The position numbers and the translations under genes were made by a program. A stretch of 63,306 bases of DNA, filler included, from Reticulomyxa filosa (Eukaryota; Protista; Foraminifera): NCBI GenBank assembly GCA_000512085.1. It is 18 parts of 18 records of this genome, joined end to end, with 100 filler letters (N's around TTAATTAATTAA, not from the genome) between each part and the next. Parts side by side here need not be neighbours in the genome. Positions count along the whole stretch, not along the records: positions 1 to 4,060 come from ASPP01017912.1; positions 4,161 to 9,398 come from ASPP01012915.1; positions 9,499 to 16,285 come from ASPP01039449.1; 15 more parts are not named here. One strand, given 5' to 3'. Positions 1-12,900 of this stretch are shown here, one piece after another. Positions within the stretch are counted from its first letter, which is position 1, and every line of letters begins with the position of its first letter. The notes under the pieces were generated by a model. That model did not search any database and was not told the DNA's origin. It saw nothing but the letters and a program-made list of their open reading frames with translations.

Positions 1-94
1 AAAAAAAAAAAAATACTTATTATCTTTATCAAGTTTTTATATATATGTATGTATGGTCAAATAATTCCCAAAAAAAAAATTCAAAACGTAACGT

Positions 95-350
95 TCCCAG
101 TTTTTTTTTAACACGGTAAAAATCCTGGAGCTTTGCATCGCGATAATGTTTAATAGTGGATGGTTTGCATGTTTGTTCAACCTTGTCATACGTGTCGGGG
201 GTCGTTTTAGTGGTCGTGTTGGCTCTTATTTGTTGGTCCAATGTTTGTTTGTTATCTTTTTTTATTTTGGTTATTGTGGTTGATGTCTTTCCTTTTTTTG
301 CTCTTGCTGCCTTGCATGTTTTCTTGGACTTCTTTTTTGTAGTTTGTCAT
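95..350 (-). CDS. Possible first exon of a protein kinase (CAMK/CDPK-like), continuing off the contig
   Basis: Reads ...DAKLQDFYRVKKKLGT followed by a GT donor, resembling the 'dxY.l.k.LG' entry into kinase subdomain I. Linking ATG 350 needs a one-base homopolymer correction. Confidence 0.35.
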
Positions 351-1288
351 TTTATTATTCTTTTGACAGGATTGAAGGTCAAAATATGTTTCGACTATAT
401 TTTGTATATTGTGAAATTATTATGCAAAGTCTAGCTTAGTAAATTGAGATTTCAGAACAAAACATTAAGACCTTTTTCTTTATTACGTTCAAGATTTTTT
501 TTTTAAAGTTTTTTTCAGATGTCATTATCATTAAAATATTAATAATTAACATTTTTCAAAAACATTTTTGTTTTTTTATAAACATTTTTAAAAAATTTAA
601 AAAATAAAATTAAATAAATTTGAGGCATCCTGGGAAGGGACACGTATGGAACATAAAATTGCAACAGTAGTTATAAGTGGAGTAGCTCCCAAAACAACAT
701 TTTATTGCTCATGTTGATCCATGTTTAGTTGTTTTAACAAATTTATAATAAACTTATTATTACAACATCGATTATGATAAAAAATGAATTTTTTTTTTAA
801 AGGGAACAAAAGTCACCGACAAATCATATCAAAAAAAATTATCTTATGAATAAAAAGTTCTTTCAATACAATTCTTTTTTAAAAAATTTTCATTTTTGAC
901 AAATAAATGATTTAGTGAACAATGTTTAATTTTTTCTTTGTTTGTCAATGAAGCAACATTATCTATTTAACGTTTTATTGAACTGATTATTTTAGCGAAT
1001 CACACATAAAAATATTTTTAAAATTTGTTGTTATTCGTACTTGAGCTGTTTTTTAATTGTTCATTTTCTTACAATTTATATGATGATGCAGGTTTCAGTA
1101 GTGAAAATTGATTGATTTTTTATCATAAAAAAGTATTTGAGGAATGACATTTTGTCCATAATAAAAAAATATTGCAGTTTTTTGCGAATTTTGACAAACA
1201 AAAATGAGATGACCTTCAATCTCTTTCTTTGCAAACAACATGAGGATTTGAACAACTAAAACCCTTGTCCTGTAATCAAGATAACATT

Positions 1289-2286
1289 TTAACTCAACAT
1301 TCGGATAAGTTCTGCTTCGTAGTCTTTCTTGGGGTCATGATAAGGATGATCTGGGTGAGATGAGTCGGTAGTCCACAATTGGAATATTTGTCCGCACAAA
1401 GGACAACGATGTTTCGGACCTTGTCGGATTGGAATCCATGCCAATTCATGCTCAACTTCACCGTGATATCCACCTGTATTATCACAACACACCAAATTGA
1501 AATCGAAAAAAAAAATGTTTTTTCAATTTTATGCGAGTCGATTTTATGTCACATTAAATAAGAAAAGTTTAAAATTACATCATTAACCTCTGCAGCCAAT
1601 TATTCTCCAACGACCACGAGATGGTATCAATACTGGGCTTTCTTCAGTTCCAAATGGTCCATACAAGGCAGCATCATCGTAATACGTTTGATGGGTATCT
1701 AAGCCTCCTCGACCACCTATCACACGATGATCCAACTCTGCTCGCAGTTTGCCACCAATGTAACCAAACTCTGATTCAATCACTCCCTGTTCCCATGCTT
1801 CAGCTGGTGTCAGATATTTTGGTTTTTCCAATGAGCGCCATTCATACATTTTTGTCGCAAATTTCAAATCGTACTGTTTGTTTATTTACCCGCCCCCCTT
1901 TACGAATTATTTTTTTTTCTTTTACGTATACCCTTTTTTTCTTTTATTTTCCATCTTCAAAAGAAATTAAGGATGTTTTCGAATTGTCTCTCAACTTGAA
2001 GGTCTTCCAAAGGTAGAATGGACCAATCAGGATCCCAGTGTTGGATTTCAAATTCAATGTCATCAATTATGTTTGCCCAGTGCCAGGCATCCCACCAGTC
2101 AGGATCTACATCTTCTGGTCGGCGAGTATCTGGGGGTTCTTGTGGTCCACTGAAGTGGCGCTGCTGGCAGATCACAGGAGGGGCACATACGCGAAGCAAG
2201 GAATTCGATACTACAGGAGAAATCAACTTTAAGGAGATTTTGCTCCTTAATGCTTTATTGGATAATGGCTGAAAGAATTTTGCCAT
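1289..2286 (-). CDS. COX5B: Cytochrome c oxidase subunit 5B (yeast Cox4-like), 3 exons, about 253 aa
   Basis: Exons 2286-1996, 1873-1588 and 1473-1289 join in frame across GT..AG introns (1874-1995, 1474-1587). Motifs GPFGTEESPVLIPS..RIIGCRG, HELAW and RCPLCGQIFQL give Zn ligands C/H/C/C. The N-terminus is basic, transit-peptide-like, ending QRHFS. Confidence 0.9.
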
Positions 2287-2399
2287 TTTTTTAAGTTTGA
2301 CCACTTTACAAAAAAAAAGAAAGTTCGGTTGACGTTTCTCGTTACATTTGTTTGTGAATATAATGGCAATTATCAAATTTTTAGTCTTTGTAAACTAAG

Positions 2400-4060
2400 A
2401 ACGTCGTTTTGGTAGTAAAGTTTTGAAATATTTGATACTAACAATTATGCTGTTCCTTAACATCAGCCAGTTGTGTGCAAAGACAGATAATCTAGAACCA
2501 ATAAAACGAGGCGTTTATTGTCTACGACAGCACAGAAGAACTAGTTTGTTAAGTTTCTTAAAAGTAAGAAAAAAGCGAGGGCAGCACAACCCAGCACATT
2601 TAGTTGATGTGCCGTGATTTAGATGTTTGTCCAAATAAATGGCAGTACTAGTGCTTTTTGATTTGTATAATGTGTGACGCAATAATTGTCATCCAGTCTG
2701 TTGTAAGCACAAGTATACATAACACTTGACGCAAAGAAAAACAAAGACATACCTATCTCCAATTGCCATGTAATCTTTATTGGCAAATATTACACTCATT
2801 TGATTTTCAATATGTATTGATTTTGGTATTCCAGATCGCCTCTTTTTTTTAACATTTATATTTTTGTTCCATGCTTCCAGTTGTTTGTTATCCTCCTCAT
2901 TTTCATGAGTGCGTTTGCTATTTGGCACAGAAGCCGACAAATTATCAGATTTGTGGATGTCTGTGAAAGAATCGTGATCGTGTTTGCTCGTAGTTTTCTT
3001 GTGAGCGGAGTAGTCGTATTGATGATTTTGAGGAGGTAGGCTTTGAGAATGCAAAATCTGTTGTGAAGGGGAAACAACAGTGGCAGACAATCTGCGCAAC
3101 TGCGCTTTCGTGCCATGAATATCGAACAGCCCAAACTCTTCATCCGTGAACTGTTCCTCGGCCGGAGTGGCATGTTTCATCTTTGGCTGAGGTATCAATG
3201 GGGTAACAGGAACATCATCTTCGGAATCTGTGTTCTGGTCTTCTTCTTCTTCCTCTTCCTCGCCCGTCTCCTCCATATGAGTTGTGTTGTTATCCTTCTC
3301 ATTGTCATGTTTGGGATCGACAATCCTATTCGGCAATGGCAGATGTCCACCGCCAGTCTTCTCTTTTCCACTTTTGGTAAATTCATCCGAGAATTCAGTA
3401 TCACTATTCACAAGATCTTGTGTGGACTGTAACAGCTGAGGTAAATGAGAGTTCATCTTTATATCAGCTTTCACTTCTTCTTCTTCTTTTTTCTTTTCTT
3501 TTTCTTTCTCTTTATTGTTTTTTTTGTCTTGTTCTTCTTCCTCTTCTTCTTGTTCTTCTTCTTCTTGTTCTTCTTCTTCTCTTTCTTCCTTGATCCTTTG
3601 CGTGCGAAGCTCACTACGAAACGACGTGGAGACGGACATGTCCGCAACATTTTGCGAAGCGATCGTCAAAGGGGAAGGCGAGGGCGACAGCGAAAACGAG
3701 GAGGAGGAGGGCGAGGGTGACTGAGGGGACGACAACGTGGCCTTGTTCATCGACATCACAGAGCGAAACATCTCGCGTTCTTTGTCCGACACGAGTTGGA
3801 ACAAGCTCACTGTCCGCTCGGGTTGGTGGCGCAAATAGTCGAAATGGATATGTGGGGGTTCAAACACTTGTCTCGACGCCAGGCCGTCATTGGGGTATTC
3901 CAACAAAAACGTCACAATTTGGCCGTCCTCAAATCGTTCATTTTGTGGCGCGTCATGCAGCGACGACACATGGAAGCCGAATGACTCTCCCGTCGTCGTT
4001 TGGATCAATATCAACAAGTTTTGGCGGTCATAACACTGAGAACAATTTTCACCCGTTGCT
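2400..4060 (-). CDS. TLDc-domain protein, 5' truncated, domain split by a long low-complexity insert
   Basis: CYDRQNLLILIQTTTGESFG (TLDc 'C....LIlIkt..g..FG'), then about 330 aa of acidic/Ser-rich sequence, then IFANKDYMAIGD, a GTATGT donor and a downstream exon TAIYLDKHLNHGTSTKC (about 2650-2595), matching TLDc 'al.lD..L..G.S..C'. The 3' end is approximate. Confidence 0.7.
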
Positions 4061-4160
4061 NNNNNNNNNNNNNNNNNNNNNNNNNNNNNNNNNNNNNNNN
4101 NNNNTTAATTAATTAANNNNNNNNNNNNNNNNNNNNNNNNNNNNNNNNNNNNNNNNNNNN
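4061..4160. other. Artificial contig-joining spacer (first of 17)
   Basis: N-run, TTAATTAATTAA, N-run, 100 nt in total. The same spacer occurs at 9399-9498, 16286-16385, 17767-17866, 18914-19013, 24823-24922, 27796-27895, 29755-29854, 31047-31146, 32394-32493, 34652-34751, 36057-36156, 38076-38175, 40513-40612, 41694-41793, 50972-51071 and 60854-60953. Confidence 0.99.
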
Positions 4161-4269
4161 TTTGAAAAAATTAGAAAGACTTAATAAAAAACCAAAATGA
4201 TATTTAAAAACTACACGATTTTTAGATATTTTTTTTTAAAAAATTTATTTAATGTTGTTTTTTCATAGA

Positions 4270-4770
4270 GAAACACAATCATCTCTATAATGTGGCATTT
4301 TATGTGTCAACTTTCTTTTTATCTTACTGTATTTTCCAAGTTTGAGACAAATCACTAGCTTTTGTCGTTTGTACAATTTATGTTTGTGTGTATATACATA
4401 TATATTTGATGCAATCAAATGACAATTATGTTTTTTATTTCAACATATTCACAAACTTTTGTTGATATATCTATGTATCAACTTTTTGATCAAATTTATA
4501 TTTAATATTTGCATATTTCAATTGATTTTTCTTTTTTTCAATCTTAATTGAACAAAACATACAAAAATATATAGATATCATACAATAGCTAGTTTTTTCC
4601 AAAGCATGGTTGTATATAGTGTTAAGAAAATATTGAATAAAGTTAAGCTAATCAAATATTAAATATTTATGTTTATTTTCAAGTTTTTTTAGAAAAAATA
4701 AATATGTAAATATAGTATAATGCAAAAGAAAGTTAACGCATAAAACAGCACATTATATATACGAATATTG
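4270..4770. mobile_element. Two Tc1/mariner-type element ends back to back (right end at 4329 plus TA, left end at 4713)
   Basis: ATAATGTGGCATTTTATGTGTCAACTTTC...TACTG|TA (about 4287-4331) and its degenerate reverse complement TA|TAGTATAATGCAAAAGAAAGTTAACGCATAAAACAGCACATTAT (4711-4756). Both match the TIR at 47119 and 58350-58388. Confidence 0.55.
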
Positions 4771-5420
4771 TATTTTTTAAATATGATTTTGGTTTTTTAT
4801 TAAATATTTGCTAACTATTTCAAAAATGTAAATATTTTTTCGATAGAATTGTAAAGAATTGCTTAATTTTTAAGTTTTTTTAATGATTTGAAATTTTTGC
4901 CATTTTGTTGTTTGTGCATTTTATTTTGTATTATTAATTTATTTTTTTTTTGTATTTGTAGTTTTTATTAAAGTTATTGTTTATGTTCTTTTTTATTCTC
5001 TAAAATGGTCACAATAACCAAAATGATGTTTATTTTAGAAAAAGAAAATCTTTTGAAAGTTTTTTCTTGATTTATTTTTAAGAGCATTTATCTCGTTTAT
5101 TATCGATAATAGCGCTAAACAAAGATATATTATGCAAAAAATAAGTAATTTTTAAATTACAAGCCGAAAAATTGACACGCAAAAGCAAAAAAAAGACAAA
5201 AGTAAAAAAAATTTAAAACTTTCATTTAAATTATAATGTTTGCTTTTAACAAACTTTTGTTATTCGTTTTCATTGCAAAATCTGACAATTTCATTGTTAC
5301 AATATATGCACAATTGTCAGCTTTTCCCGAAATTTCAAGTTTTTCAACAAACAGGAAAGAATTAGTAAAAAATCAAGGGACTTTCTAAGGAAAAATACCC
5401 CCAAGGATAGCTTACAAAAA

Positions 5421-7018
5421 ATGGCCACCCACACCAAACAAAGCAGCATTACCCCTTTGTTTGAGTTTTTTGGCGCCACCACTCCATTATCCGAGCCAAT
5501 CCAAGAAAAAGGGGACGCAAAAGTAAAAAGAGAAAGCCAAAGCGGTGGACAACAAGATCCCTTAAAAAATGAGGACGTGAACTATGAGGAATACAAGGAG
5601 ATAGAAATCGAGATCCGAGAAATGAAAATATTGTTAAAAAACGCTCGTGAGAAAGTCGCCCATTTAGAACAGAATGTGAAATCAGCAAAAGACGATCGAT
5701 TCAAATCCGAGAATCGTTTGATAAAGCAACTGCAAGAAGAGCAAAACAAGATATTGTCTGCCATTGCGGCGGTGAAAGAAAGTAAATATCGCCTGGCCCG
5801 TTCTGCAGGAGTAGAAATGGATCGCCTTCGAAGCATTATTCGTGTCTTACAAGAGCAAATCAAATGTATCAAATCAGGGATATTACGTCACGACGAAATT
5901 TCACCACTAACCGTTACCAATTATATGCAATATAATTCCAATGCTATCCATTTGCAGTTATTTATTATTACTTTTTTTTTTTTTTATCTTTTTGTATACA
6001 TACAATAGATGTACGAATGTATATTTTTATGTATTTTATGTATTTATATTTGTAATTTTTTTTTTTTAAAAAAAAAAAAAAAAAAGTGTGAGGTATGTAC
6101 TTTTTTTTAGTATAAGCTTTTGTTGCGATATATGACTCATACATCCAAAAAATAAATCATACTTGGAAAATATTAAAAGGTCGTTAGGATTAGAGAATCT
6201 CATGCACACGGCCACGAATTTTGACACAATACAAAGCGGCGGTATTAAACACTATCCTACTGGCTATGAAACTCCAGCACCGAATTTCTTGGAAGAAGAT
6301 ACCAGTTTTGAAAATAATTTTAAGCGAAGAGAACAGGATACAAAAAAAAAAAAAAAAAAAAGGGGGTTGCATTTTTTAAAAATAAAAAAAAAGGGGGGAA
6401 GAGGGAGCCCTTTCCTTTTTTGTGAAGCAGTGATTGTAGCTTGTGTGTGGGAAAACAGTTGGTAATACTCCTGGTGGACCGACACCAATGGGACCGGATC
6501 CGGAAGAAGAAAAAAAAAACGGCACTCGAACGAAAAGACAAAAAGAAGAAGAGGAAGAAAACGAGGAGGAAGAGGAAGATGATCCTTTCCCACATAATGA
6601 TTACAGTCGAATCGATTTCCGAACATTAAAACCAGGAGATGGAAAAACATATCCGTTAGCCTATTCTGTGGTTAAATTTAAGTATATGGGGTATATTCAT
6701 CACCGAGACACAGGTCGTTGGGAACAGTTTACTCATAGCAAAACGACCAATCGAGTGTATTCCACCAGATTAAGCGCAAGTAGCCAAGTACCTGGGTTTG
6801 AAGAAGCATTGCTGACCATGAGCGTAGGTGAGCAGGCAAAAGTGTGGGTGCCGTCGCGATTAGGCTATGGTGTTTATGGAGCTGGCAGTTTGGTCCCACC
6901 TTTTAGTGATTTAGTCTTTATTATTACATTGTTAGCGGTTGAAGAAGATAATGAAGGAAATAACTCCCAATTCCAAACTGGAGCCGACAATCAAGGTTCG
7001 AAACATTATCAATACTAA
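5421..7018 (+). CDS. FKBP-type peptidyl-prolyl isomerase with an N-terminal coiled coil and acidic linker (multi-exon)
   Basis: The last exon is a clear FKBP domain: LKPGDGKTYP..VKFKYMG..QF..VPGFEEALLTMSVGEQAKVWVPSRLGYG...VPPFSDLVF. Joining the coiled-coil ORF 5421-about 5912 and the middle exon to it is inferred. Confidence 0.8.
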
Positions 7019-7813
7019 CTTTTGTCTGGACCTTTTCTTGACATTTTTTTTTACTCATAGACAAATATTTTTGTAGGTCTTTGTTTGTATACATTGTATG
7101 ACATATATAATATCTCCCTCTATTTTATCTTTTGATTTTCAGAGAATCAAACATCAAGACAAGAAGAAGATGCCAATTCTGAGTCAGTTCAAAACTTGTA
7201 GAGGAAGGGGTTTGTGGGGAGTTGGGACGCCGTTTCCTTCTCCCTTTTATCTTGCTCCGCTTCCTTGTTGGTGGCACGCTCATATAAAATGTATTTTGAA
7301 GGTAAACAAAACAAATTGAGAAGACATAGAGAAAAGAACAACATTCAAAATGAAACTCTTTTGCTAAAATTTAACCTGTAAAACTCACAACATTATATTG
7401 ATCTTTGGTAGCAAACGTTGTGTGATTTTATTTTGTACAAATATTGCTTGTGGATGAATTGAACAATGTGCTTTGTTTTTTTTTTGTTTTTGTTGTGCAC
7501 ATGCTCAATTAGTGCACCAACATAAGATCGAAATGTGAACAGATCCTGTTTGCTTGTATCGGCTCATTTAATTTTGTGTTGTGCCTTCTTAAGTGCAAAA
7601 ATTCACATTTACCTTTTGCAATTGAAATGCTTTCAAAGTATTGTATCAAAATGTTATTTGTATACTTCGTACATATATCATTTCTACTCAAAAATTCACA
7701 AATGGAGTGATCAATGTTTCAACACTTCTCCCTTGTGTCAGACAAGAGAAAAAGGTAAAACAACGTGAGCACTCAAATCGAATGCAAAAAGTTTGCCAAT
7801 TGAATAAATAGAT

Positions 7814-9300
7814 TTACAATGTATTGAGATTCAGTCCGTAAGTCTCCAAAACTCGAGCTTGTCTTCGGATGATAGATTTCAACTGCTCATTTTCAGTTTC
7901 TAAGTTTTGGATTTTTGTGTCTTTGTCTTCTTCTTTCACTTCGCCACGATTTTTCAGGTTTGTGACTTCTTCTCTTAGCTTTTCATTGGCTGCCGTTAAC
8001 TGCTCTAATGTCTTCTGTAACCTTGAAACTTCTGCTTTTACTGCTTCATCGTGAATGGTCTCAAAAATTGCAGAATTGAAGGGTCTCAAGGATTGAAGAC
8101 GGTTATGAGAAGATTTGACGCTACCAATGCTATATTCTTGAGGTGCATGGCCCTTGTTTGATGGCGTTTGCACAGACGATGACAAACCGATATTGGGATT
8201 TTGTGAAGTGGGGGGATTATCCCCATTGGTTTTAAACACGATATCAAAAGGACCATTCCCACTTTCCAATATCTCCAGCATCTCTAACATGTCTCGTTTC
8301 CCATTTATCTCCAATAGTTGCCAACCCTTCCTCACGTTGTAGTTACTCGCCTGACTATTGTCACGAACATATTCAACCAATATTTCTTCTTTTAATTCAT
8401 CGGCTTGGATCGTAAATCCCATTGGTTTGAATTCGAATCGGAATTTCTTTTCGACGAAGCGAGGGCTCTTTTTGCTTATGCTCTCTCTTTTGTTCTGATT
8501 TACATTGTCTTGTTTATCGGCCAACGCCGGGATCATCGGAATGTTTACTACTCCATCCTCATCGCTACTTTCGTCGTTATCCTCTTCCAAAATTATTGAA
8601 GGGGGATTATTAAGAGGAGCACTCGTTGCAGGTTGTGATAGCAACCTTTCTGTGCCTATCACCGGCTTTGACGATTGCTTCATATGTGACAGCACCACTA
8701 CATCTTTATCACTATCCTCTTGAATCAGTTTTTCATTCTTTGGCTTCTCTCCAAAACAAATATCAACACAAACATAACCAAATACGTTTAATTTACCACC
8801 CATCCAAAAAAATTTTTGAGCTGTACATTTCATTTTTAAAAAAAAACTCAACATTTTCTTCATTGTCTTCATCTTGTGGAATTAACTGGTTTCCCCCCCC
8901 CACACACACACAAAATACGATGTATTTTATTTTGATTTTTTTTTAATAACAACAGCGAAAAAGTTAGTAATGTGAGAACAATTGAAGCAAAGCAAGAGCG
9001 GCAAGAAATAAACCAAAAAAAAAAAAAACTTGATCAAGATTTTTCTTTTGTTGCTTGGATTTGCGCCTTCCCCCTACAATAGATGCCCGTTGCATGACAT
9101 TGTCTGTGTTAATTTCAGTTTCAGTTTTTTTTTCCTCGTCGCTTCCATCGTCCACTTTTGCTTTTACTGCTCCGGGTAACATCTTGGAAGGGTCCAACGC
9201 CGTTATTAGGCCGGAATATCTTTCCGCCAATTTCGTTGACATTTTTGGAGCTTTCGAAACCATTTGCGCTTGAATTTCTTTCTTGAACATTTCTTCATCT
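7814..9300 (-). CDS. PDZ-like protein with a C-terminal coiled coil, 5' truncated
   Basis: FKPMGFTIQ...ILVEYVRDNSQA...VRKGWQLLEING is a PDZ pattern, followed by a heptad-rich C-terminus. An upstream exon (about 9030-9300) contains LDPSKMLPGA. Confidence 0.6.
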
Positions 9301-9905
9301 TCTTTTTTAACTTTTTTTTTTTTTAAATAAAATAACAATAAAAAAAAAAGTTGTAATATACGGTTATTACGTACAAAAAAAAAAAAAAAAAAAAAAAANN
9401 NNNNNNNNNNNNNNNNNNNNNNNNNNNNNNNNNNNNNNNNNNTTAATTAATTAANNNNNNNNNNNNNNNNNNNNNNNNNNNNNNNNNNNNNNNNNNNNGA
9501 AGAAAATCTGTTACAAATATGGTTTTGATTTTTATTTTGTCTAAAGAAAATACTTATGAATATTTAATTTGAATGTCTCTGCCATTTTTTTCTTTTTTTC
9601 CAAATAAGCAAAACAATAATTTAAACGTGAAAGAAAAGCAGTTGCAAGTTAATTGGTATTCCTTTCTCAGTATTAGATTTTATTATCTTTTTATTTTAAG
9701 TTTCGGGAACATTTTTGCAAGAGTATGGCAAAGTTTTGTTTTGGTATATAGATGCAACAGAAAAAGTGACAAAGATTTAAGGAAAAATGAATTGATTAAT
9801 CTTGGCTGAGTTAACAAATCCAGCAATTTTTTTAAAACTTGTATTTTTTTGCCATCAAATAAAATGATCAGGCAACAAGAACAAAACATGGAGCCAATTC
9901 ATGTG

Positions 9906-12900
9906 TCAATTACCTGAGTCGCGTTTGAACAACTCATAGAGATAGGCATAACTAGTAGCACAGTAATCCCAGGTGAGCGATTCTTTTGGGAAGAATTCCA
10001 ACTCGTTGTCAAAAAACATAACATTATTTAACCAGTTACCGAAGGGCTCCTTTTTTTTCAAATCTCTCATAATTTGTCCCTGGCCTTTCACGACCTCTCT
10101 CCAAGCCTCTAATATTTGCTTTACTATTCCCAAATGTGTCTTTTTTACCATTTCTTGCAGTTGTTGTTTCAATAATTCCGTTAAAGGTACTTTGTAAATG
10201 TCTAACACATCATTATCAATTGTACTTCCATCGACAAACTCCAATTGCACGGCATTGTATAAGAGTCGCCATAAGTTGCACATGTGCCTGCACAGTATGA
10301 AGCCTTTTTGTTGCTCTTCGAAATTCATCATAAATCGTTTGCAACTTTCCTCATCGAACGACATTTGTTCAAGTAACTCTACAAATTGTTTATCTCTGTG
10401 GAAAAAAACAACATCAAAATATTAAAAAACAGAGACATTTATTTGTTTGCGACTTAACAAATCGATAGTTTTGATATTTTGAGAAACGAAAACAAGGACT
10501 TCATTCAATATTTCTAAAGCTCTTTGTATTTCGCTTTGCGATTTCAATGAAGAGAGGAATATCTTCAATAATGGCTGATCAATTGGCTCTGTTTTCAGCT
10601 CTTTATTGTTTTCCTCGATAACGGCCACACAAGTTTTGATATTCAATTGATTGGAAAACTGAAAGAAAGGAATACCAACTTCTAAAATGTCACGATTCTT
10701 AATAAATCGATAAGCAATTTCGTTTTCAATGGCACTTAAATCCAAAATATTGTTTCGATTTTGGTTAATAGCTCCGTATTCCAATGAGGGAAGACTCCAT
10801 TGCTGAATAATTTCGGTTACCTGATCTTTGTCCAGACACACGATATCATTTTCGTGAATGCCAAAAAGAGGCTTATTTTTGCCCATAACCGTGTGCATTT
10901 GGTTGGAATCTTCATCCTTTGCATCATATTTCTCTTCATTATTTGCACGCATTTTAGACTCCACCATTATATCTTCTAAAAATGCATTGTTTGCATCTTG
11001 CAACAGTTGAATAATCTTTACAATTATCAATCCATTTTCATTGTTTTGTGCAGTGGAAAATTCTAAACTAATTGAATTATCTTCGTGTAATTTTGAAATA
11101 ACAAATGACTTGCAGTCGTTTTTTACCTTTCGGTTTGCCAACGTGTTCCAACATGTTTTGAAACCATTCCATAATTGTTGGTAGGACTCCACTTCACTTC
11201 CATATCCTTTCTGTTTCCACTCTTCAATTGCCTGAGCGATGGTTTTGCTTTGACACTCCTGCTGTGAGATTTGTCTAGAAAAGTGGAAATACACATGTTT
11301 CATCCATTGTCCAATAACAGGCAAATATTTCACACTCCAAAGTTCATCCTTGGCGCACATCACATGATATAGTAATGGATGTTTACTTTTCAATGAAGGC
11401 TCTGTCATAAATCTCTGGGCTAAATCATCAAATGATACTTTATGGATGGTCAAAAACAAATGTGGGATGTACTGTTCGCGATAGGACTTGTCAATTCTTT
11501 GTTTCTTCGATTTCAGAGATAATCACTTTCAAACTTTTTCTTCATCAACATTAATTTTACTGCGGCGGTTCAATTCATTGAATCTTGCAGTTTGGCTAAA
11601 AAATCCACGATATTGACTTTCAAATTTTTTTTCAAATTCATACGTGGTGGTGAGATCTGTTCCATTCAACCCATTTGGATACCACTGATTGAAGGTTTGT
11701 GGTAAGTCATTCAATAGTTGATGCAAAGCCACAGATAAAAGTTCATCATTCAAGCAAGTGATCTTTTCCTAGCAATTGGAAATAACCAATTGCCTGCTTC
11801 TGTAGAAACTCAGTTACCTTTGCTGCATCTGTTTTTTGTAGCAATTTTTGAAGTTGACTGCATCCTTCTGAAACAGCAGCATTTCTGATCAACAATGCCA
11901 AATGAAGTAACAAACGCATCAACGTGCAAGCCACTTCATAAATCCTTCTTACTTCTGTCAACCCTTCGTATCTCCAAAACGAATCACCTACCGACAATTC
12001 ATCTTCTGATCCATCCAAAATGTATCCCTTGGGTATTTCTAATTTCAGTCCTGTATTCTGACTTACGTGAGTTGTATCACCAATTTCTTTGCCACATCCA
12101 TCAACCGCACAAGATATCTTTTCTATTGGATGACCACATCTATTGATGATGAATGGATGCATATTTGGACAATAGCGAACCGTAAACGTGTTTCCCTCTA
12201 TTCCTCCTTTTTTCATTGCACGAATCATATTTATTAGCAAATTTTCTGGCATAGCTGGGAGATGACCATTCACATACTCTTTAGGATTTAAAATCAACAT
12301 TTGAAATGGATTTTCTGTTTTTTAAGAAATTCATGTATGGAAAATAAGATTTGATAAGGTTATTTCAAAAAAACAGAATCGTAACTATGCATAATTTGGA
12401 GTGCACCCAAAAAATGGAAACATAATCTTGGAATGTGGACATCAGAAGCGTCACTGTTGTAAGCCAGTCTTAGGCCGGAGGCAGTTTGTGAGAGTTGTCT
12501 ACTTAACAATATCTTAACAAAATTCAGTTCAATGTCAAAATTCAGAACATTGCATTGTAGTAAGTAATCTTTTACCTCTATTTTTTTTTTTTGTTACAAT
12601 TTTGCAACGTATACTAACTTGGAAAAGGAAGGATGGAAAAATATGAGCTACAACAGACACGCCTAACTTGTAAAATTTTCGTTGAAGGCGGTGCCGCAAA
12701 GATTGGATAACGACAGAGCCGCGCCTAATAACGGAATAAAGTCATTTTTATTTCCATTGTACTGCGCATCCACGTCGCCTGATTTAATTCCCTGCAAAAC
12801 TTTATTTCTAAAATTAGTATACTTATCTCCAAAAACGCCGATAAATGGATCTGTAGAGGGGAGATTGGGTGGTCGATATTTGAATACGGAAAACACATTG

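Noticed and set aside
4105-4116. TTAATTAATTAA palindrome recurring 17 times, like a CRISPR repeat or recombination site
   Set aside because: Always centred in a 100-nt N spacer; it is a synthetic six-frame-stop linker.
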